Shown here: one piece after another, positions 40,299-47,077 of the stretch
Numbering within the stretch: position 1 is the stretch's first letter
Layout: the number at the start of each line of letters is the position of its first letter
DNA from: an uncultured Acidobacteriota bacterium
GTDB taxonomy: Bacteria; Acidobacteriota; Terriglobia; UBA7540
NCBI GenBank assembly: GCA_963825395.1
Contig: CAWGTQ010000016.1
Span: 388,269 to 452,268, forward strand
Direction of reading: 5' to 3'
Length of the DNA stretch: 64,000 nt
Made by a program: the position numbers and the translations under genes
The notes under the pieces: model-generated
What the model was told of the DNA's origin: nothing
Seen by the model: the letters and a program-made list of their open reading frames with translations, nothing else
Database searches by the model: none

Positions 40299-40602
40299 TC
40301 CACGACTCCTTGCCCAAGTTTGCTGACCACGTACGCGGTTATCACCCAGTGGCGGCGAGTCCTGCGTTCGCTTACGACCACCACTACAACATGCTTGCCA
40401 CTCATGATGTCATCAAACCAGTGCGAGAACAAGCGGGCTCGGCGGAGCGGGCGCTCCGCCGGACCTCGTGGGGTTCTGCCAGCGTCATACGAATGCGGTC
40501 GCGGATCTTGGGCAATAGCTCCGGGTGGCGGTCCCCGACGTGCTTTTCTCGTTCTTCTGTAAGCTCTACTTCGCCCGCCAGGTACGGACAGGAAAATCGC
40601 AC
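40283..40602 (-). pseudogene. small toxin-like protein upstream of DUF2283, -1 frameshift
   Basis: ORF 40402..40602 (VELTEEREKHVGDRHPELL...EPHEVRRSARSAEP) continues as RLFSHWFDDIMSGKHVVVVVVSERRTRRHWVITAYV in the frame of ORF 40283..40642. The switch is at a CCC run near 40443-40447. Confidence 0.5.
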
Positions 40603-41231
40603 TCGCTGGTCCCCTCAACGTGCCGGCACGACAGCACTTCACCCACTACATGCACTCCAGTATATGCGCCACTCGGGGTGGTCACAAAATGTGACCACCT
40701 GTTTCGTGAAGTGCCGTTCCCTAACCCCTAATCCCGAGCCGTTCTTACTGTGAACTGTCAACTGTGGACTGTGAGCCAATTTCGCAGCTTTCTCTGCTCT
40801 TCGAGGGCGTCACCCTGCCATTGGAGCTTTCCTACCACGTCAGTGAAATCGTATTTGGACCCGTTGGGCTGTGGCGTGCTGCCCACCACCAGGACGAGAT
40901 CTATGATGGACAAAGTGCTACCGCTTAAGGACTCCGTGACCGGATCTGTTTTTCCGGATTATCAGTCTTACGTCTGCCTCGCTTGGCTAAAGTTTGGCGG
41001 ACTTGTAATCCAGCACGGAAGGCAAGGCTACTCTTTGCCAAAAGGGATTGAGCTTGAAAAGTCGATCGAGACCCTATGGGCCAATCTTCTAACCCGCTAG
41101 TGAGGATGAGGACATTGCAACCAGCGACCGCACATGATTTGCTCAAGGCTGATCCAAAGGAAAAGGAGGGGTATAGGGGGTTTTCCATTGTTCATCTGAC
41201 CGCTTACTCGGTTTAAAGTCTACGCCACTCC

Positions 41232-42149
41232 CTATTTATCCCCCCATGGTCCAGGGGGCACCCATTTTTCGCGAAAGTTCTTTCCCGCACTTAAAGCGGT
41301 CAACAACGGTCCAAGAAAAGTGGCGATGGCGACGACCACCTCTGCGAGCTCCGGCGGAGCGTCGAGCCGGCTTTTTCGGATAAATCCCCGCCACTGGCTT
41401 TTTTTCGGGGGGTCATCCGCGAACCTGGTTGTCAGGCCGATGGGTTCGGGAACAATTTTCGTTTCCCGATGGGAAAATGTTTTAGCGACGGCATTGCCGA
41501 GGGTTTGCCCATCGAAGTCGAACTGCCGGGACAGCGTCCAGATGTCAAAGTAGTCTTTCATTCTGCTATTGAGGATGCCGCGGGTAACCAGCGACTCGAG
41601 TTTCTCGGCCACGATGCTCTCTTTGCTGTAGCCGCGCAGTCGCGGTGCTTCAAATTCGAGAAGGGTTGGGTATTCGATCGGCTGGGGAGCGGGAACGATG
41701 ACGTCCCCGAATCCGATATCCAGATGAAGAGTCACTCGGGCTGTACCCAAGTTGGCCCGGAACCGGATGCGAACGCCTTCGTAGTTGGCGTCCTCAGCAA
41801 TTCTTACGCCCTTGACCGTGGCCGGGTTGAACACGAGACCGTCGGGCGCAACCGGCTGGGTGCAAATCTGCCTGGTGATGGCCACGACGCTTTCGAGTTG
41901 ATTGGCCGTTCTGCCCAAGAGGTCAATGTCCTTCGTCGGGCGGTAAGACTCCAGTTTCCATACGGTGAACATGAGCGCGCCCTTCAGAATGAATCGGGCG
42001 GCATGAGGCGACTTAGAAAGACGATAGAGGAAGCGCTCCATCGCAAAATATTGGAGGAGTTCATTGAAAGGTCGATGAGTCTGCCGAGCCCTGTTCAAAA
42101 GCAATTGGTGCACCGAGGCCGGAAGGTTGATTGGGGCTCGCTTGGTCAC
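41232..42149 (-). CDS. nucleotidyltransferase AbiEii/AbiGii toxin family protein
   Basis: This 305-aa ORF carries FILKGALMF...TKDIDLLG, the DUF1814/AbiEii signature. It overlaps the AbiEi stop by 4 nt. Confidence 0.85.
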   Translation of the reverse strand: MTKRAPINLPASVHQLLLNRARQTHRPFNELLQYFAMERFLYRLSKSPHAARFILKGALMFTVWKLESYRPTKDIDLLGRTANQLESVVAITRQICTQPVAPDGLVFNPATVKGVRIAEDANYEGVRIRFRANLGTARVTLHLDIGFGDVIVPAPQPIEYPTLLEFEAPRLRGYSKESIVAEKLESLVTRGILNSRMKDYFDIWTLSRQFDFDGQTLGNAVAKTFSHRETKIVPEPIGLTTRFADDPPKKSQWRGFIRKSRLDAPPELAEVVVAIATFLGPLLTALSAGKNFREKWVPPGPWGDK

Positions 42150-42766
42150 ACCAGCGCCTCCAGGTAGGGGCGCATCACCTTGGCAACACGGCAGACTTCC
42201 GTGGCTTTAATCAGTGCGTCGATGTTCCTCTTTCTTCTCCCCAGATAGAGTTTGAGCGCATCGCGAGCGGTGTCGAGGCCAATTTTGTTCCGGTATTTGA
42301 AGCAGTCCGCAATGGTTTTTTCGGGACTGTAAATCCGCACCTGCGTCCCGTCGAGTTGGTGCGCCTCCATACCGAATTCGAAAACTCTGTGGGAGAACCA
42401 GAATATCCGGAGAGGAGGATAATCGAGGCGAGGGGGTTCCGCCCCGCGCGGCAGGGCAAGATACACTTCGTGCGGAATCTCGGTCGTCAGTTCGTGGAAG
42501 GCCAGCGCGGAGATAAGGCAGATGACGCCGCTCGGGACCCTCATTCCCACCATGACCAGATCGGGGCTCCCCAGCGGCGGCAGATCAGAGAGGCGGTAAA
42601 GGCCTCGGCCAAGGCACGCGAGGGTCCCAGAATCGCGCATCCTGTAAAGCGTTTCGGGATGAATGCCGAGGCGCAGTGCCTCTTTCGTTCTGAGCACACC
42701 TCCGTGTTGCCGGAAGATGTTCCGCGCGCGGGAGGGGCGGTCTCGGTTTGGTCGTTGTGACGACAT
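42146..42766 (-). CDS. type IV TA system AbiEi family antitoxin / transcriptional regulator
   Basis: This 206-aa ORF has an N-terminal wHTH (GGVLRTKEALRLGIHPETLYRMRDSGTLACLGRGLYRL) and the C-terminal AbiEi_4-like domain. Confidence 0.85.
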   Translation of the reverse strand: MSSQRPNRDRPSRARNIFRQHGGVLRTKEALRLGIHPETLYRMRDSGTLACLGRGLYRLSDLPPLGSPDLVMVGMRVPSGVICLISALAFHELTTEIPHEVYLALPRGAEPPRLDYPPLRIFWFSHRVFEFGMEAHQLDGTQVRIYSPEKTIADCFKYRNKIGLDTARDALKLYLGRRKRNIDALIKATEVCRVAKVMRPYLEALV

Positions 42767-42889
42767 ACCCGATAATATTACCAGCAGTTGTTAATATTTG
42801 GCGGTAAATTTATCGGAAGTACGGTGGCCGCCGACACGGGGGATTGACGGTCCGTGTAGAATCGAACTGCGTTCAGCCGCGGGTCAGCG

Positions 42890-43108
42890 CTACAGACCAG
42901 TCCTCGCAGTTCGCAGCCTCGGCGACGACGCGTAGATGGTGGTCTCAAACAGTTTTACGTCATCCTCCATCATATTCCGATGCCGTCGGAGCCGCTGCAC
43001 ATGCTTCTGGGCATTCCGCAGGCGCCTGAAATTCTTGGCTCCAACAGCGATCCCACGCCACACGTCTACCACAGTGTAAACCTGCAACTTGATTTTGTTT
43101 CGAATCAT
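42890..43108 (-). CDS. hypothetical small protein
   Basis: This 72-aa ORF lies 4 nt downstream of ORF 43113..43358. No family is recognised. It could be a TA-like pair or a gene remnant. Confidence 0.3.
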   Translation of the reverse strand: MIRNKIKLQVYTVVDVWRGIAVGAKNFRRLRNAQKHVQRLRRHRNMMEDDVKLFETTIYASSPRLRTARTGL

Positions 43109-43112
43109 GTTT

Positions 43113-43358
43113 CTACCCCTTTAAGAGACGCGCGTGCCAATCGAAAACGTTTTCACACAGGACTGGTCGTATCGGGTCAAAGCCAGCGGGCAGGTCGGGC
43201 CGTAACGAAAACCGGTTGGTCAGTGCCCAGTCGAGTTTTCCGATGTCATTGTCAGGATAGATGTGGGCGTTGAGATTTTGCCCATGAAAGCAATGCAAGA
43301 GCAAATGTCCTCTGGGGTTGGATACTATGAAAGCTCGCTGTACGATGTTGTGCGTCAA
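43113..43358 (-). CDS. hypothetical small protein
   Basis: This is an 81-aa ORF. The open frame extends upstream without an ATG (GYCGNPTTLTHNIV...). No family is recognised. Confidence 0.3.
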   Translation of the reverse strand: MTHNIVQRAFIVSNPRGHLLLHCFHGQNLNAHIYPDNDIGKLDWALTNRFSLRPDLPAGFDPIRPVLCENVFDWHARLLKG

Positions 43359-43711
43359 GGTCGTGGGGTTCCCGCAGTACCCCTAGTCCTTGTCGGTATT
43401 GCACCGTAGTTTTAGCCTCAGCCGACTCGCACAGCGTCTGGCCCACCAGGCACCCTTCAGTCACCACAAAAGCAAAACCCCGCCGGAGGCCTTGAGGCTG
43501 ATCCGACGGGGAGGAAGTCTCAAGATGAGCATGAATCCCAGCGCCTCGCTTTATCAAGGGCTAATCCAGCCAAGAAAGGTGCGGCCAGCAGTCCCTCGCG
43601 GGCCTTGTCGCGATCAACCACGGTGCACGTCCAGCAGCCGAAGCGGCTGTGGCCACAACTGGGGGTGCTGGTGTCAATCTGGATGGGGCACTCGCCGTTC
43701 GAGGCGCTGGC

Positions 43712-43825
43712 GTAGGGACACGCCATGGCATGGCCATACGGAGGCGATTGCCTCGGGGGTTGGGATTCTGTGGACACGCCATGGCGTGTCCGTACGGGGG
43801 CGATTGCCTCGGCGGTGGGGGTTCT
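43712..43825. repeat. tandem pair of REP-G units inside the dndC remnant
   Basis: There are two units of ~57 nt, each containing the palindrome ggacacgccatggc(a/g)tg(g/t)cc followed by tacgg(a/g)ggcgattgcctcgg. Confidence 0.7.
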
Positions 43826-43984
43826 GGAGGAGGTAGGCCCAAACGTCCCACGTCGTCAGGAATTCAATGGGATTTGATACCCAAACGCGGGGCAAGTCGG
43901 GATGCCGCCGCAAGCCGTTGCGCGTTTGGTGGGCCGCCATGGTTTGGGCGCGGGTGGAGCTCTCGGCGCGGCGCGCTCCGGCTT

Positions 43985-44032
43985 GTAGCGGCGGTCTCCG
44001 ACCGCCGGCGGGCGATCGGAGATCGCCGCTAC
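43985..44032. repeat. REP-H palindrome inside the dndC remnant
   Basis: It reads gtagcggcggtctccgaccgccggcgggcgatcggagatcgccgctac. Confidence 0.7.
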
Positions 44033-44166
44033 AGCGAATGCCCACGCGCTGCTTTACCAGGGCGTTTACCGGGTCAATCTTCATCCGCTGCGTACACCAG
44101 CGGAAGGTGCGGTTGGGGGGAGGGTAGCCGCGTCCTATAATGTTGACCCAAAAGGGTCTTTTTATC

Positions 44167-44216
44167 GTAGCGCCGGCCTTTAGGCCGGCACGTGCCGACC
44201 TAAAGGTCGGCGCTAC
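44167..44216. repeat. REP-B copy inside the dndC remnant
   Basis: It reads gtagcgccggcctttaggccggcacgtgccgacctaaaggtcggcgctac. Confidence 0.75.
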
Positions 44217-44398
44217 ATTGTTGGCGTCACATTGTTGGCGTCAATGTTCAGGCCGTGCTGCTCGGAGCACTTGCGCATGCGGTCCAGCGTGCCTTCAATC
44301 ATTTCGGCAATGGCGGGAATCTCCACGCGCGCGTCCGTGCAGAGGACCGAGATGGGCTTCTTGCGCTGCTCGGCGGGGATGGACAGAACGGCGTCGTT

Positions 44399-44447
44399 GT
44401 AGGGCCGAAGAGCCTTCGGCCCAAGGCCGAGCGCTGCTCGGCCCTAC
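44399..44447. repeat. REP-C doublet inside the dndC remnant
   Basis: It reads gtagggccgaagagccttcggcccaaggccgagcgctgctcggccctac. Confidence 0.75.
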
Positions 44448-44734
44448 ACGGCCGCTAAGGCCCACCAGCCACGGCCGCTGGTCGTCCAAATAGAGTTGTC
44501 GGAGTGAACCCTTGATGTCCCGAAACATTCGCCGTCCCGTCGCGGGGAGTATACACCCCACCCTCTTATTTTCAAGTAATGTCTTTAAGATAGCATCTGT
44601 GGCAGCCGGCGGAAAAGCGGGTGGCCCGGACCTTTTATGGAGGTCTGCGGTTCGTCCCCCTTTCGACACCGAAAAGCCACCCACCCGGAGGACAGGCGCT
44701 ACGCTTGGTTAAGGGGATTTCGCCGGATTCCGTC

Positions 44735-44779
44735 CGAAAAACGCCCTTCCTGGAAAGTGGCCAAGCTGAGCCACGGGTA
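44735..44779 (+). repeat. 45-nt conserved hairpin element, copy 1
   Basis: cgaaaaacgcccttcctggaaagtggccaagctgagccacgggta differs from 57369-57413 at a single position. It contains the hairpin GTGGC-caagctga-GCCAC. Confidence 0.6.
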
Positions 44780-44863
44780 ACGCCGACATCTCAAGCCTGC
44801 CCTTAGCGGAGCGAGCCGAAGAACCTCGACCCGGATATCGATGAGACCTATTATCCAGAATTC

Positions 44864-45418
44864 CTATTGTGAGGCTTGAGTATGCTTCCGGTGCCGAGCG
44901 TGCGTTCGGGCCTTGCTCTTTTTAGGCTGGACCGCCGGTTTCTCTGGCGCCGGTACCGGTAGCGGAAGGTCAGAGTTGAACATTGTGCGCGCAATCTTCC
45001 ACAACCCGCCGGCCTGTTTGCGCCAAATGGTCAGGTACTTGCCGTGGTCTTCGATTGGCGCCGCCCCGGCAGGGGTCACGGTCATGGAATAGGTTCCGCG
45101 ATCGTAGGCCAAGTCTCCTCGGCCTTCGATTTCCAAGCTCTGCTCCTGGAAGTTGGAAAACGCCGGGAAAGCCTCATCCCAGGCCTGGATGGCGGCCTTG
45201 CCCTGGACCGCCGCCTGATGGGGCGGCAACTCGATGGCGTCGTCCTCATAGAGGACCAAATCCCCGTTCCAGTCTTTGGCGTTCATTAGCTTCATATCGT
45301 TCTCGTCAGCTTGGCGAATCGCCGTTCGGTCAGACTCGGACAGTCCGCCGCGCTGGCATCCGACACTGAATCCCAGGCAGACTACCATGCCTATCATCAA
45401 AACGAGTCGCTTCTCCAT
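44864..45418 (-). CDS. DUF4440/SnoaL-like (NTF2 fold) lipoprotein
   Basis: The internal ATG at 45418 gives MEKRLVLMIGMVVCLGFSVGC (lipobox). The pattern GKYLTIWRKQAGGLWKIARTMFNSD is typical of DUF4440. Confidence 0.65.
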   Translation of the reverse strand: MEKRLVLMIGMVVCLGFSVGCQRGGLSESDRTAIRQADENDMKLMNAKDWNGDLVLYEDDAIELPPHQAAVQGKAAIQAWDEAFPAFSNFQEQSLEIEGRGDLAYDRGTYSMTVTPAGAAPIEDHGKYLTIWRKQAGGLWKIARTMFNSDLPLPVPAPEKPAVQPKKSKARTHARHRKHTQASQ

Positions 45419-45736
45419 TGCATTTGCCTCCTCTCCGGGTGTTCCGTCCCGGAGTCCTCGGCGGCTATCAAGATTCACGCAGAATTATCTTTCAGCTCTC
45501 GCCGGTGGAGAGTGTACTCTCATTTCCGTCTACCGGAGTTCAATTCTTTCTTCATCGCTATCATCGACTCCGAACTGCCCATCTAGAAGTCCTGGTCTCC
45601 TCATTTGGACGTGTCCTGAAGAACGGCACAAATCGCATAAGGCTTGCGCCGCGCGGCCGTCTGCCCGCGGCTTCTAAAACACAACGGCCGACAGCGAGTG
45701 CTGTCGGCCGCGAGAACTTCGAGTTGATGATGGAAT

Positions 45737-46432
45737 CTACCGGCGCCCACCACCATGACCACCTCTGCCTCCGCCCCCATGTCCACCGCCTCTGGAGGTA
45801 TGTCCGCCGCCACCGAAGGAGCGTCCGCCGCCGCTGAAGGCATGTCCGCCGCCACCGAAGGAGCGTGCGCCGCCACGGAAGGCATGTCCGCCGCCACTGA
45901 AGGAGCGTGCCCCGCCGCTGAAGGCATGCCCGCCGCCACTGAAGGAGCGTCCGCCGCTGAAAGCCTGCCCGGAGTAACCGTTACCGACCCCACCACGGAA
46001 TCCCCCGCGCCCGGAAAAGCCCTGCCCGCCTCCATAGTAGCCGCGTCCGCCAAAGCCAGGTCCGCCGGAGAAGCCGCGCCAACCGTGGCCAAAGCCCCAC
46101 GGCCCGGCACCAATAAAGATCCCGCCTGAGAACCAGCTTGGTCCATAGTAGCCGTAGGGTGCGCAGGCGTACGGGTAAGAGGGGTAGTAGCCATAAGGGC
46201 ACGCCGGAGGTGGCCCCACGTAGACCGGCTGCCCATAGCCCTGATCTGGATAGGCCTGATCGCCATAGCCCTGATTCGGATTGCCCTGATCAGGATAGGC
46301 CTGATTTCCATAGCCCGGGTCCCCATAGCCCGGGTCCCCGTAGCCCGGACCCTGCGGTGGTCCTTGGGCAAAGGCATACGGTGCAAGCAACATGCCCACT
46401 CCCAGTACTGTTAGAAGTTTTGTGTATCGCAT
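45737..46432 (-). CDS. secreted Gly/Tyr/Pro-rich low-complexity repeat protein
   Basis: The signal peptide is MRYTKLLTVLGVGMLLAPYAFAQ. GYGDP/QGYGDQAYPDQ repeats follow, then a Cys-containing YPY segment and a GG(H/R)(A/S)FSGG repeat tail. Confidence 0.6.
   Translation of the reverse strand: MRYTKLLTVLGVGMLLAPYAFAQGPPQGPGYGDPGYGDPGYGNQAYPDQGNPNQGYGDQAYPDQGYGQPVYVGPPPACPYGYYPSYPYACAPYGYYGPSWFSGGIFIGAGPWGFGHGWRGFSGGPGFGGRGYYGGGQGFSGRGGFRGGVGNGYSGQAFSGGRSFSGGGHAFSGGARSFSGGGHAFRGGARSFGGGGHAFSGGGRSFGGGGHTSRGGGHGGGGRGGHGGGRR
45799..45964 (-). repeat. 42-nt tandem repeat (~4 copies) inside the Gly-rich CDS
   Basis: The plus-strand unit is gcatgtccgccgccaccgaaggagcgtgcgccgccacggaag. It encodes a 14-aa period, GGGHAFSGGARSFS. 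Confidence 0.7.
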
Positions 46433-46702
46433 TTGATTCCTCCCTCGAGCCCTTGTCCTTGCCCAATTCCAACTTCAGTTAGGGCAATTGCCCTGCCAAA
46501 CCACGTGGTCTCGCAAAGGTCGTGATTTCATGCGGTTCGGGATGCAGCGGCCAAACGGCAGGGTCCCGCGAAGTCACAGGTGGTGGTGGTTTCTGTCTAG
46601 GGTGGTGGTTTTGGGCTACTCCGTCCGCGATGACCGCTTTTCATCCTCTTGACCCAAACGGCCGATAACGAGGCGGGGGAGTGTGGGCCGCGCGACAAGG
46701 AA

Positions 46703-46823
46703 ATAGGATTCAGGATTTGGGATTTAGGACCAAAAACACGAGAGGCGCGGCGGGTACTCTCCGCGGACTTTGGCTCTCAAGATTCGTCGAGGGACGATAA
46801 GGCGACTTTTCAAGCCGAATCCC
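46703..46823. repeat. 121-nt MITE-like element, copy 2
   Basis: See 39256-39376; both copies are in the same orientation. Confidence 0.7.
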
Positions 46824-47077
46824 GAGCTAGGATAGCGACTCCCTTACCAGCAGTCGCTTGCAACCCATTGACTGAACCTGTGCGAGCTCACACGCCGTAT
46901 GGGCAAAAAGGGAGAGTTGTATCCACTTCTCAGGCCGGCCGTCCATGAGTCCAACTCAGCGCAGGCGTCTCCGAGGTTCTGTTGTTTAAATGTAAAAGAA
47001 GGGTAGTATCGAGCTTTCCATTTTTCGGAAAAAGGTGACTGCAAGGTTTGACCATCGGTGTTGGGAAAGGAGGGGGC

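Larger units (their letters stand above)
43520..44528 (-). pseudogene. DndC-like PAPS-reductase-fold sulfurtransferase (DNA phosphorothioation), fragmented by REP insertions
   Basis: Collinear fragments on the minus strand read MFRDIKGSLRQLYLDDQRPWLVGLSG, then ISVLCTDARVEIPAIAEMIEGTL, then VNIIGRGYPPPNRTFRWCTQRMKIDP, then NPIEFLTTWDVWAYLL, then SCGHSRFGCWTCTVVDRDKA. The repeat elements listed below separate them. Confidence 0.7.

Noticed and set aside
40745-41230. ORFs 40750..41100 (+) and 40925..41188 (-), and a stop-bounded minus-strand frame ending ...DLVLVVGSTPQPNGSKYDFTDVVGKLQWQGDALEEQRKLRNWL.
   Set aside because: The minus-strand peptide resembles the C-terminus of AbrB-type antitoxins, but it has no start codon and no partner toxin. 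The listed ORFs have odd composition and no motifs. These are probably remnants of another TA module and are too weak to call.
43712-43825. Tandem ~57-nt repeats (and the REP-E cluster at 19934-20335) considered as possible CRISPR arrays.
   Set aside because: There are only two adjacent units with no unique spacers. The REP-E units occur in both orientations with irregular spacing. No cas genes are nearby.
45601-46386. 261-aa minus-strand ORF and 124-aa plus-strand ORF (45755..46129) overlapping the Gly-rich gene.
   Set aside because: These are alternative frames of a GC-rich 42-nt tandem repeat. Only the 45737..46432 frame has a signal peptide and a sensible start.
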